Positions 1 through 9,213 of a stretch of DNA of 36,534 nucleotides are shown piece by piece. A model generated the notes under the pieces. It was not told the DNA's origin. It did not search any database and worked only from the letters and a program-made list of their open reading frames with translations. Numbering within the stretch: position 1 is the first letter of the stretch; each line of letters starts with the position of its first letter. The stretch is from a virus. Taxonomy: Duplodnaviria; Caudoviricetes. Position numbers and translations under genes: made by a program. Where the stretch lies: positions 1 to 36,534 of IMG/VR virus record IMGVR_UViG_3300033516_000032. One strand, 5' to 3'.

Positions 1-13
1 GATCCATAAGCAA

Positions 14-61
14 TAGAATTACTAGAGTTCTGAGGGAGTGCGAGACTCCCAGGGTACCGCA
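14..61 (+). ncRNA. possible 3' half of a tRNA-like structured RNA (5' part outside window)
   Basis: Stem AGAAT(15-19)/GTTCT(27-31) with 7-nt loop TACTAGA, then T-arm-like GGGAG(34-38)-TGCGAGA-CTCCC(46-50), then AGGGTAC. Non-canonical at the equivalents of positions 33 and 55, 2-nt variable region, no CCA. Confidence 0.2.
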
Positions 62-117
62 TTGATTAGAGTAAAGGACAACGATAAAATTAGGAATCAC
101 GCTTAGACTATACAACT

Positions 118-531
118 ATGGAAACAGAATTAAAAACACCGACTGATAAAGATCTTGTAGTTAAAATAGACCTCGACTATGAAAATAATCTAGCTCCTTT
201 TTATCATCCTGAGACCTTTCAGAGACTAAACCAGGTTCCTTTTCAGAAACCAATGTTAGATTACTTTGGCAACCTAGTCATAAAAAAGAAAGGACTCTAT
301 GTAAAGGAGGTCTTGATAAAGACCATTAAACGAAGTCCACTTGTAGAAGGTCAGAATGTCCAGTTCCTACTAAGGAATCCTTTACTACAACGATTATTTA
401 CCACTCTTCTAAAAAAAACACCCTATGCTACAATTAAAGACATCTCTAGACTCCAAGCTAGCTCTAATAGAGAACACTCTTCTGACCCTCTACTGGATGA
501 ATCCGGAGCTGAGGAAGTTGACAATGGCTGA
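118..531 (+). CDS. hypothetical phage protein
   Basis: 137-aa ORF with A-rich upstream region and the same strand and codon style as its neighbours. No motif recognised. The last 107 nt overlap the next ORF. Confidence 0.65.
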   Translation: METELKTPTDKDLVVKIDLDYENNLAPFYHPETFQRLNQVPFQKPMLDYFGNLVIKKKGLYVKEVLIKTIKRSPLVEGQNVQFLLRNPLLQRLFTTLLKKTPYATIKDISRLQASSNREHSSDPLLDESGAEEVDNG

Positions 532-805
532 GATTTCTATTCTGGCTTTCCTAATGGATAAGCAAATAAGTTACTTAGAAAAACCTTCTATTGTTCCCTT
601 AGAAGACTACCTACAACTACAAAAAGTTAAACAAGAAGCAGCTACTTATGCAGGACTAACATACAACTCGTTCTCAAACTCTCTATCTAAGATGCGTAAA
701 CTGAACTTCATAGATGCCAATAATGTAGTCATTCATAAGTTCATTAAGCTGCCCTTCCATAAAAACAAAATTGAAATCAAGATATGTTTAGATTTGACAA
801 GCTAG
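425..805 (+). CDS. putative winged helix-turn-helix DNA-binding protein
   Basis: KLTMAEISILAFL...AATYAGLTYNSFSNSLSKMRKLNFI fits a wHTH pattern. Alternative start at ATG 524. Confidence 0.55.
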   Translation: MLQLKTSLDSKLALIENTLLTLYWMNPELRKLTMAEISILAFLMDKQISYLEKPSIVPLEDYLQLQKVKQEAATYAGLTYNSFSNSLSKMRKLNFIDANNVVIHKFIKLPFHKNKIEIKICLDLTS

Positions 806-1113
806 AAGGAACATCGCCTCACTTTAAACACCTTGTAGAACAAGTACACGCCAGATTCCCTGAATTACCAAGAGCTACAATAACCAACTGGCTAATGTTT
901 TACTTCAAAGATTCTAAGAGAATCCTAGAAAACTACAGGACTCTTCTAATGAAAACTCGTTTTAAAGTTCCCATAGATGCCAAACTAAATTGGAAAAACT
1001 TCGGAACAATCGCACTTAAAAAAAAGACTAAAGATGCTTTTCGACATACTCAACAACAAGCCGAATTTGAAGCCAGAATATTATGGGCTGCTCGTCGTGA
1101 AAGCGATATTTGA
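784..1113 (+). CDS. HU/IHF-like DNA-binding protein
   Basis: Basic 109-aa protein with two N-terminal helices (HLVEQVHARFPELPRATITNWLMFYF) and LNWKNFGTIALKK, resembling the HU/IHF 'GFGTF' beta-arm motif. Confidence 0.5.
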   Translation: MFRFDKLEGTSPHFKHLVEQVHARFPELPRATITNWLMFYFKDSKRILENYRTLLMKTRFKVPIDAKLNWKNFGTIALKKKTKDAFRHTQQQAEFEARILWAARRESDI

Positions 1114-1582
1114 TGCTGATAAAACAAAGACCAAGGAAGCTGCACATCAACACATTGTAGCTGCATATCATATTGCTCATCCAGCATCAATCTATCATAA
1201 AAACTACAACCTGCTAGAAATCCCAAAAGCTGTCAAAAGAGACATCCTCGGAGACCCAAACTACAAGCTTCCAAAAGAGGTAGATAACTTCATCAAGTTT
1301 ATCAAAGACAGCCTAAATACCAACTCGCTAAGAGCTCTAAAGTCTGCAGAGAAGGCTCTTGAAATCATTGGTAAGTATATTGAAAACCTAACTGAAACAG
1401 TAAATGATGCAGGAACCATTGACTCTCAAGAAATTGGTAGTCTTCTAAAGATCATCAAGGAACTTCCTACAACAGTAACTGCACTAGAAAAAGCTCGTGA
1501 AGAAGTCGAACAACAAGCCTTCTCCCTCAACAAAGGTATAGGTCAAGACATCATCGGAAGCAGAGAAACACCAAAAAGATAA
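1034..1582 (+). CDS. conserved crAss-like protein upstream of TerL (possible terminase small subunit)
   Basis: DKTKTKEAA...AYHIAHPASIY motif and helical C-terminus; translationally coupled to TerL by TAATG at 1580-1584. The TerS role is inferred from position only. Confidence 0.5.
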   Translation: MLFDILNNKPNLKPEYYGLLVVKAIFDADKTKTKEAAHQHIVAAYHIAHPASIYHKNYNLLEIPKAVKRDILGDPNYKLPKEVDNFIKFIKDSLNTNSLRALKSAEKALEIIGKYIENLTETVNDAGTIDSQEIGSLLKIIKELPTTVTALEKAREEVEQQAFSLNKGIGQDIIGSRETPKR

Positions 1583-3960
1583 TGTACACAGTCAAACAAA
1601 TAAATAACTTTACTAACGTTTCTCACGATCCAAAGTACTGGCATAAAGTAGGAACTAATGAGTTGGGTGAAAATCTATACCTCTTTAGATCCTCTGTAGC
1701 TGAGTCTTGGGAGTGGTTGGATCCTTCTATCAAGAATGTCGTCCAAGCTCCCTTTGCTCATTATATCCGATTCCTAGATACCTCACCTGTAGAAAGTTGG
1801 AAAGACAGCTTCAAGCGCACAGGGAAATATTGTCCCTACTTTCCAGGTAGCTTAGACTACGAAAAGTACTGGGATAATGCAGAACAAATACTCTCAGAAG
1901 GTCTCTGGGCAGATGGTGTTTACTTCACAAAGCGACACGTATTCTACCTAAACTTCTCAATAATCTTAGCTCTTGACAAGGATAAAAAGAGTACCAGGAA
2001 GATAAAAACCTTTCCTCGTTTCCTAGACCACAACTATTATTTCTTCTTAGCCTTTGAAGAATTGAACTTAGAGGGCCCTTTTGAAAGCCACGAAAAATAC
2101 TTTAAAGCAAAAAGGGGGTTATTTAATGATTTGTTTTTCACGACGTCTAAGTATGAGCCTACCAACGAAGAACTACAAGAAGAATACGACGAAATCCTAA
2201 GCACTTACCCAGTCTCTAGACAGGGGATTGTAGTAGCAAAATCAAGACGTAAGGGCTTTACTTACATGGTTGCATCCGGTATCTATGCCTACAACTATGT
2301 CTTCGTAGCCGACTCTGTCAACATCCTAGCAGCTGAGGAAACCATAAACTACAAGGTAACTCTAGAGGGTATCAAGTCAACAAGGACTCACATCAATAAG
2401 AATACACCCTGGGTTAGACGGTCTAAAGTGCTTAATAAATCTACACACTTCAAAGCCTCATTCTACAATAGAAATGAAAGTGGTGTACTTGTAGAAGATG
2501 GATTCTTATCAGAAATTATCGCAGTCTCGTTTAAGGACTCTCCCTTTAAGACCGTAGGTGAATCAGCCTACGTTCTTGGTTTTGAAGAAGCAGGTAAATT
2601 CCAACACTTGCTCAATGCTTACGCTATTTCAGAGCCTCTTATTCGAGACGGGGAAATCGTAACCGGGGTGTCTATAATCTGGGGAACTGGTGGTGACATG
2701 GATAAGGGCTCAATTGGCCTCTCCAAGATGTTCTACCAACCCTCTGCATATGGATTCCGACCCTATGAAAATATCTCGGAACCTCAGTCTGGATACCTAA
2801 ATACAGGCTGGTGGATTGATGATATGTGGTATCTTCCTGGTACTCTGAACACTACACATCTAAAGGATATTGTAGATAAAGAAACCTACGACCGTTATAG
2901 GAAAGCTTATGGAGCCGTAATAGACATTGTAGATAAACAAGGCAATAGTATCAGAAGAGCAGCTGAGTATCTTATCGACCAGAAAAGAACTACAAGGGCT
3001 AAGATGTCTATTGACTCTTACAACAAGTTCATTACACAGCAACCTAAGTATCCTTCAGAAGCCTTCTTGATTGTAGAAGGAAACAGGTTTGACTCCAAGT
3101 CCGCAAAGGAACAGTTGTCCTACTTAGTTAGTAACCCCAAAGGTGAGGTTGTAGAACTTCTAGAAGGCCCCAAAGGAATTGTTATCAATCATAATCCAGG
3201 AATAAAGGCTGTAGATGAGTTCCCACACTCAGCGGAAGATACTACAGGAGCTTGGGTTCTATTTGATAGACCACGCTACACAGAAGGCTACCCAGGTACT
3301 CGTTATATCGCAGGTTGTGACCCTATTGATTTCGATAAGTCAGAGCTCTCAGGCAACAAGTTTTCCCTAGGTTCAGTCTTCATTCTGGATAAAATCACAG
3401 GGAACATTGTAGCTGAATACACTGCACGACCTAAGAAAGCCTCAACGTTTCATAAGAATGTGTTACTCGGTGTAGAACTCTACAATGCACTACTGCTCTA
3501 CGAACGACAGCTTAAAGGTCTCTTCAATTACTTCTTAGAACGTAATAAGGCAGCCTTCTTAGCTGATGAACCTTACATCTTGAAGGATGTTCTGAATAGA
3601 AAAGTTAAGCCTGGAGTTAAGGGTTTCAGTGCCTCACAAGGAGTAAACGAATTTAACAAGGATATTTTAAATGACTATTTATCAGAGCAAGTACCTTCCG
3701 ATGAAGATCCTTCTGCAACTGTTCCTAGAATCTTTAAGGTCTATTCTAAACCTTTTCTCCAAGAACTGATCAACTATAATGATTCAGGAAACTTTGACCG
3801 CATCTCCTCTATGGGAGCAACCATTCTTCTATACAAAACTATGGTAAGAAAAGGAATCGTAGAAAACACACAAGCCAATAACGTTATTGAATTTTTTAAA
3901 CAAAAACTAAATTATGGACTTCCCAAAACAGCTAGTCTCCTCACGAGAGAAACAAACTAA
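1582..3960 (+). CDS. terL: terminase large subunit
   Basis: Walker A-type VAKSRRKGFTY, Walker B LGFEEAGKF, motif III WGTGG, and RNase H-like nuclease motifs IAGCDPID and NFDRISS. Lies directly upstream of the portal. Confidence 0.95.
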   Translation: MYTVKQINNFTNVSHDPKYWHKVGTNELGENLYLFRSSVAESWEWLDPSIKNVVQAPFAHYIRFLDTSPVESWKDSFKRTGKYCPYFPGSLDYEKYWDNAEQILSEGLWADGVYFTKRHVFYLNFSIILALDKDKKSTRKIKTFPRFLDHNYYFFLAFEELNLEGPFESHEKYFKAKRGLFNDLFFTTSKYEPTNEELQEEYDEILSTYPVSRQGIVVAKSRRKGFTYMVASGIYAYNYVFVADSVNILAAEETINYKVTLEGIKSTRTHINKNTPWVRRSKVLNKSTHFKASFYNRNESGVLVEDGFLSEIIAVSFKDSPFKTVGESAYVLGFEEAGKFQHLLNAYAISEPLIRDGEIVTGVSIIWGTGGDMDKGSIGLSKMFYQPSAYGFRPYENISEPQSGYLNTGWWIDDMWYLPGTLNTTHLKDIVDKETYDRYRKAYGAVIDIVDKQGNSIRRAAEYLIDQKRTTRAKMSIDSYNKFITQQPKYPSEAFLIVEGNRFDSKSAKEQLSYLVSNPKGEVVELLEGPKGIVINHNPGIKAVDEFPHSAEDTTGAWVLFDRPRYTEGYPGTRYIAGCDPIDFDKSELSGNKFSLGSVFILDKITGNIVAEYTARPKKASTFHKNVLLGVELYNALLLYERQLKGLFNYFLERNKAAFLADEPYILKDVLNRKVKPGVKGFSASQGVNEFNKDILNDYLSEQVPSDEDPSATVPRIFKVYSKPFLQELINYNDSGNFDRISSMGATILLYKTMVRKGIVENTQANNVIEFFKQKLNYGLPKTASLLTRETN

Positions 3961-6415
3961 GAAATGGCAAGAAGACTGTGTTAATTATTTAGCTGATAAC
4001 TCTACCGACTATTCTAATCTTAGAAAGATGAAGAGTAGAGAAGAACTCAGAGAAAACTATAATCTTCTAAATGGTGTTGTAGATCCAGAAAGCCTCTACA
4101 AGAACCTAAATCCCCTAGAAACCAAACCAAGTCCAGAGGATCTAAAGAGAATGGCTCTGAAGTTCTACGACTTGGTTCACCCAGTTATATCTGTTCTTCA
4201 GTCAGAAGAACTAAAAAGAAAGTTTGCACCACGTGCATACGTGATAACTCCAGACGCAGTTAATGAAAAAGACCAAGAGTTTAAGGATCGTTTCTTTAAA
4301 TTTATTGATCAGAAAGTAGCTGAGTATCAAGAACTAACCGCTAGAAAAGTACAAGAAGTACAGCAAAGTGCAGCTGGTAAACCATCTCCAACTACTGATG
4401 AAGACATTAAGAAGTTTCAGGAAAGACTACAAAAGCAGCTAAAGGAGATTGACAACTGGTATGTAAATGACTTACAGACAGCCCACGAGAGATTAGCAAA
4501 TAGCTTGATCAACTATGCTCTACAAGATTCTCGTATGAACACTACAAACGAGATGAATAAAGCTTGGTTAGATGTTCTTATTCAGGGCTACTCAGTTCTA
4601 AAGATTGAGATTTCAAACAGCGATCCGTACATTAAACACGTAAACCTAGAGAACTTTACAGTCCTTGGACTTGGAGAATCTAACCATATTGAGGATGCTC
4701 AAGCCTGGATTGAACACGAGTATGTCTCTTTGAGAACCTTGATGGAGCGTTACCACGAAGAGCTTAGTAGGAAAGACATTGAGAAACTGACAGAAAGAGG
4801 CGCAACACATATGTCAGGTAATGGATACTACGCTCTTGATAAACGTGTAGATCGTTCAACCCTCAGTGCCAATGCTGGACTAGATTTTAGTACTGGTAAA
4901 GTCTATGGCTCACACAACAACGTAAATCCTGATGATTTTCTTTTCGTAAATGATGCCAATGATTCTATCATGGACGAGGATGGAAACTTCAGATTATCAC
5001 ACGTTTACTGGATTTCTATCAGGAAAATTGGTAAAAAGAAAAGCTACAACCCAGAAACAGCAGAGCCAGAATACTCTTATGTATCAGAATATGACAAGGC
5101 AGATCCTAGTCTTGGTGAGGAGATTGAGTGGCTTTATGTCTCAGAATTATGGGAAGGAAAGAGAGTTCTTGATATTATCTTTGGGGTAAAACCATCTCCA
5201 GTTCAGATGAGAGACTATTCTAACCCAGCTAGAGTACTTCCTCCTTATGTAGGTTATATTCACTCTATTGGCCATAATAAGCCATCTTCTCTTATTGACA
5301 AGATCAAACCACTACAGGAAGACTTCAACGTCTGGTTAATCAAGTTGAGAAACCTTTGGGTTAAGCATCAGGGTAAGATTGCAGTCTTGGAAAGCTCAAG
5401 GATTCCTAAAGGAATGAACCTACAGGATTGGTATGCTTGGGTAACCTTCGCAGGTTTCTCTATCGAGAATGCCTTTGAGAAAGCTGATGATAATACGACT
5501 CTCGCTGGTCATATGACGCAAGGTGCACGAGATATTGACTTGTCTTTTGCTAATGAGATACAACACGCTATCCAAATGCTAGATTGGATTAAGATTCAGA
5601 TCGAAGAGATTACTGGTATCAACAATGCTCGTAGAGGTAATCTTGGAGGTCGTGAAGGTCTTGGAGTTGTGCAACATGCTCTACAACAGTCTTCTTATAG
5701 CACTGAATTTTATTTTCATATCTTTGAGCAAACTAAAGCAAAGGCTCTTAATTCATATGTCGAGTATGTCAAGTTCCTCTGGAAGGACAAACCAATGAAG
5801 AGACAATACCTGCTTGATGGTCTTCAGAATCATATTCTAGACTTCAATCCAGAACTCTTTACCGGTGCAGCTTATGGTGTAGCTGTTGCAAATAGCGCAG
5901 AAACTTATCAATTGGAGCAAGACTTACGGCAGTACGCTTTCGCAGCTTTCCAGAATAATGCCATTGGCTTGGGTGATATTATTACACTTCGTTTTGCTTC
6001 TGGTCCAGCTTCAATGAAGTTCATTGTAGAGCAAGCAGAAGAGAAAAGACAAGCTATGATGATGCAACAACAGCAGGAAATTGAGCAGGCAAAACTAAAA
6101 GAACTTGAACTTATCGAGCAGCAAAAGATGTCTGACCATCAAAGAGAGCTAGAGAAAATGCAAGTAGAATATGAGTATAAAGCCAAATTGCTACAACTAC
6201 AAGCACAAATGGAAGCTGCTAAGATACCTCTACAAAGTATGATGGCTAGTCCAGATCTAATCCTAGAGCAAGAAAGAATGCGTGTAGAGCAGACTGAGAA
6301 ACAAAAAGACAGAGAGCACGAGAAAACACTACAGGATAAAGACCTAGCAGCTAAGAAAGAATTGGAGCACATTAAGGCAAAAGCAAGGCCCGTGCAAAAA
6401 CCAAATAGCAAATGA
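3914..6415 (+). CDS. portal protein (crAss-like)
   Basis: N-terminal FPKQ...K..KW..DC, ENYNLLNG, ELWEGKR, EEITGI...RRG motifs and a long Q/E-rich coiled-coil C-terminus. Follows TerL with a 47-nt overlap. Confidence 0.92.
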   Translation: MDFPKQLVSSREKQTKKWQEDCVNYLADNSTDYSNLRKMKSREELRENYNLLNGVVDPESLYKNLNPLETKPSPEDLKRMALKFYDLVHPVISVLQSEELKRKFAPRAYVITPDAVNEKDQEFKDRFFKFIDQKVAEYQELTARKVQEVQQSAAGKPSPTTDEDIKKFQERLQKQLKEIDNWYVNDLQTAHERLANSLINYALQDSRMNTTNEMNKAWLDVLIQGYSVLKIEISNSDPYIKHVNLENFTVLGLGESNHIEDAQAWIEHEYVSLRTLMERYHEELSRKDIEKLTERGATHMSGNGYYALDKRVDRSTLSANAGLDFSTGKVYGSHNNVNPDDFLFVNDANDSIMDEDGNFRLSHVYWISIRKIGKKKSYNPETAEPEYSYVSEYDKADPSLGEEIEWLYVSELWEGKRVLDIIFGVKPSPVQMRDYSNPARVLPPYVGYIHSIGHNKPSSLIDKIKPLQEDFNVWLIKLRNLWVKHQGKIAVLESSRIPKGMNLQDWYAWVTFAGFSIENAFEKADDNTTLAGHMTQGARDIDLSFANEIQHAIQMLDWIKIQIEEITGINNARRGNLGGREGLGVVQHALQQSSYSTEFYFHIFEQTKAKALNSYVEYVKFLWKDKPMKRQYLLDGLQNHILDFNPELFTGAAYGVAVANSAETYQLEQDLRQYAFAAFQNNAIGLGDIITLRFASGPASMKFIVEQAEEKRQAMMMQQQQEIEQAKLKELELIEQQKMSDHQRELEKMQVEYEYKAKLLQLQAQMEAAKIPLQSMMASPDLILEQERMRVEQTEKQKDREHEKTLQDKDLAAKKELEHIKAKARPVQKPNSK

Positions 6416-6445
6416 CCTTAATTTTTATTATTAAACACTTTAATT

Positions 6446-6453
6446 TATATTTG
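6446..6453 (+). promoter_or_regulatory. Bacteroidota-type -7 promoter element (TAnnTTTG)
   Basis: TATATTTG in the AT-rich gap between portal and scaffold. No clear -33 TTG/TTTG seen. Confidence 0.5.
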
Positions 6454-6457
6454 TAAG

Positions 6458-7558
6458 ATGAAAAATGCAAAACTAAACTTCGACATGGACTTCCTAGACA
6501 TCGACGATCTAGATGCTGAGGAATTTGATGGTAAGATTATTGAGGACAAACATGATACTTCGATAAAGAAAAAAACTATTAAAGACGAGGATGAAGACGA
6601 TGATGGGTATCGTTTCGGTGACGAAATAGACCTAGACGACGTAGCAGAGGAATATGAGGATGATCCCTCGGGAGAAGAGGAAGAAACCAGTCCTGTAGAA
6701 AGTTTGAAATCACAACCTAAAAAGAAAGATGCTCCTTCAGAGGAAGACTTCTTCCAAACCCTAGCTGCTCAAACGGGAGGAATCCTCTTCGATGAGTTAA
6801 CTGAGAAAGACTTCAATACTATTAAATCAGAAGAAGATTTCTTCAATCTAGCCAATAAAAATAACCAGATTAAACTGGATAGGGCTATGAAGGAATACAA
6901 AGAGATGCTCTCAGAGGCGAGCAAAGGACTCATTGATCATCTAGAAAGCGGCAAAGATATTTCTACCTTTGTAGCTAGAGAAGGTAACAAGGCTCCTAAA
7001 TACACCAGAGAAGAGATAGAAGTTGATGAAGAAGTTGCTAAGGATGTCCTTAGACGCTATCTGAAAAGAACTACAAAGCTGTCCCCAGAAAGAATTGAAA
7101 AGCAAATTAATCGCTTTGGAGACGATGTCTATGAAGAAGCACTCACCGCTTACGAAGAGCTAGAAGACCTAGACACAAAAGAAGAACAAGCTAGAAAGCT
7201 TGAAGAAAAAAGACTTCAACAACAAGAAGAAGATCGAAAGAAACAACTTCTAAAAGAAATTGACGGTGGCATTACAAGTCTTAACGAGATTATTCCTGGT
7301 AAGCAGATGACACAGAAGATGAGAAAAGAGCTACAAGATTCTATTAGAGGTAATACTCCAATCAATAATCTACAGACAGCTCTTAAACAAAATCCAGCTC
7401 AGGTGCTAACTACACTAGCTATTCTGGATAAATATGGCGTGTTTAATAAAGGTTTGACGGAACTCTACAAGGATATGCAGAACTATGTAGTTAAAGCTAC
7501 AAAGACTACAACCGGAATGAAGGGAGGTCTCTACCAAGCATTAGCCAATAAATTGTAA
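6458..7558 (+). CDS. putative capsid scaffolding protein
   Basis: Highly acidic, disordered-looking N-terminus plus coiled coil, located between portal and MCP as in crAss-like phages. Confidence 0.7.
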   Translation: MKNAKLNFDMDFLDIDDLDAEEFDGKIIEDKHDTSIKKKTIKDEDEDDDGYRFGDEIDLDDVAEEYEDDPSGEEEETSPVESLKSQPKKKDAPSEEDFFQTLAAQTGGILFDELTEKDFNTIKSEEDFFNLANKNNQIKLDRAMKEYKEMLSEASKGLIDHLESGKDISTFVAREGNKAPKYTREEIEVDEEVAKDVLRRYLKRTTKLSPERIEKQINRFGDDVYEEALTAYEELEDLDTKEEQARKLEEKRLQQQEEDRKKQLLKEIDGGITSLNEIIPGKQMTQKMRKELQDSIRGNTPINNLQTALKQNPAQVLTTLAILDKYGVFNKGLTELYKDMQNYVVKATKTTTGMKGGLYQALANKL

Positions 7559-7593
7559 TCGTAAAATCATAACCCTTTTAAATATTTTTAGAA

Positions 7594-9120
7594 ATGCCTA
7601 AAGTAAGACCTAATCAACTGTTGCTGCCTAAAAGATGGCACGGTATGACCACAGAGAATCACCTGTTTTCAATGTATATGGATGATCCCGTTTTTATGTC
7701 CGACCAAGTTGAGCGGATGTTTGACGTGAACCTAGGTGAAGACTTCGTATCATATATGAAGAAATTTCCTGTGAAAGAATACCCAAAAAGAGAGTACGAA
7801 TGGGCTCTAATCGGAGCTGCTGATGCTAACTATGAAGTTGTAGCTTCTTGGTTAGATCGCGACGGTACTCAACCAATTACGCCAACTACGCTGACTAAAA
7901 TCGGTGCAAATGGTACTAAGTTTTATCTGGACTTCTACGAGAAACCGTTCTCTGAAACTGAAGTTATCGTTGGTCACAGACCTGATGATTTCAAGTTGCT
8001 GGTCAACTCTGTAGAAAGAATCGGTAACATCCACAGATACGAGATCTCTCTGGTAACAGGATCTATTTCAGAATACATCCCTGCTTCAGAATTGCTTCCA
8101 GGCAAAAGATTCAGCTCAGACTACGGTCTAGTTGCACAAGAACTGTCTGATAGAGGTTTTGACATCGGGTTCAGCACTCACGCTTTCCTAGGCGCTGAGA
8201 TGTCTAAGTTCCGTATGCAACATACTATCCCAGGTAACATGATTGAAAAAGGTAAGGCTTATCCGCTGAAAACCTACTTCTCTGGACCTGATGGTTCTAC
8301 AAGATCTACTTGGCTGTACAACATCGAGTGGGAATTTATGCGTAAGCTAAGACACGCTAGAGCTTCTCTTATCATGTATGGTAAGTCTAACAGACGCCCT
8401 GATGGTACTTATGCCAACGTCGATAGAAACGGTAACGTTATCAAAGCCGGCTCTGGTATGAAAGAACAATGGGCTTCATCTAACAGACACACGTACACTC
8501 TACAACCTGACATTGACGAACTGATTGAAATCGTACTTGCAGCTCACGTTGGTAAAACAGCTAGAAATGCAAGAAAGATTACTCTTTCAGCTGGTGAATG
8601 GGGCCACAAAGCCTTCCACGAAGCAGTCATTCGTAAGTTTGGAGACAAGGCACTAACTGACATTAGACCTTGGATGGGTGACAATTCAGGTAGAGCATTT
8701 AGCTGGTCAGGTAATGATCTAACTGTGAAGTTTGGTCAGATTACCAAAGTTATTGACCTGCTAGGTATCGAGATTTCTCTAATGTATGACCCGATGAAGG
8801 ATGATCCGATCCGTAACAAAGAAAGACACCCGAATGGTGGTCTGCTATCTTCTTACGAATACGACATCATGGACTTCGGCTCAAACGACAATGGCGAACC
8901 TAATATGCAGATTACGAAGATTGCTGGACCTGACGGTGACGACATCTTCAATGCAGTTAACGGTATGCGTTCACCATTCAAGAGAGGTGGTACTTCATTC
9001 ATGGGCGCTGGTGATATGGCAACTCCTGTAGATGCTACTACCATCCACTACATGAGTGGTGACTTCGGTGCTAGAGTTGGTGACCCAACTAAAGTAGCTA
9101 CTTACTACCCAGAAATTTGA
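7594..9120 (+). CDS. major capsid protein (crAss-like, HK97 fold)
   Basis: WHGMTTENHL N-terminal signature, EYEWALIG, GSGMKEQ and HPNGGLLSSY motifs typical of Crassvirales MCPs. 508 aa with codon choices suggesting high expression. Confidence 0.93.
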   Translation: MPKVRPNQLLLPKRWHGMTTENHLFSMYMDDPVFMSDQVERMFDVNLGEDFVSYMKKFPVKEYPKREYEWALIGAADANYEVVASWLDRDGTQPITPTTLTKIGANGTKFYLDFYEKPFSETEVIVGHRPDDFKLLVNSVERIGNIHRYEISLVTGSISEYIPASELLPGKRFSSDYGLVAQELSDRGFDIGFSTHAFLGAEMSKFRMQHTIPGNMIEKGKAYPLKTYFSGPDGSTRSTWLYNIEWEFMRKLRHARASLIMYGKSNRRPDGTYANVDRNGNVIKAGSGMKEQWASSNRHTYTLQPDIDELIEIVLAAHVGKTARNARKITLSAGEWGHKAFHEAVIRKFGDKALTDIRPWMGDNSGRAFSWSGNDLTVKFGQITKVIDLLGIEISLMYDPMKDDPIRNKERHPNGGLLSSYEYDIMDFGSNDNGEPNMQITKIAGPDGDDIFNAVNGMRSPFKRGGTSFMGAGDMATPVDATTIHYMSGDFGARVGDPTKVATYYPEI

Positions 9121-9140
9121 TTCTTTAAACATTAATCACC

Positions 9141-9197
9141 GGGACACAGTTTAGTTTAGTTTTTTTGTGTTTTTACTAAACTTGCTGTGTCCCTTTT
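9141..9197 (+). terminator. long stem-loop / putative intrinsic terminator or attenuator after MCP
   Basis: GGGACACAG(9141-9149) pairs with CTGTGTCCC(9185-9193); inner GTTTAGT(9154-9160) pairs with ACTAAAC(9175-9181); followed by TTTT. Confidence 0.7.
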
Positions 9198-9213
9198 AAA
9201 AAACACCAAAATT

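Noticed and set aside
1582-9120. Inteins or group I introns in terL, portal or MCP
   Set aside because: The genes are uninterrupted and of plausible size, with no splice-junction or homing endonuclease motifs seen.
9187-9213. GTG start at 9187
   Set aside because: It lies in the hairpin stem; ATG 9214 has the typical A-rich leader.
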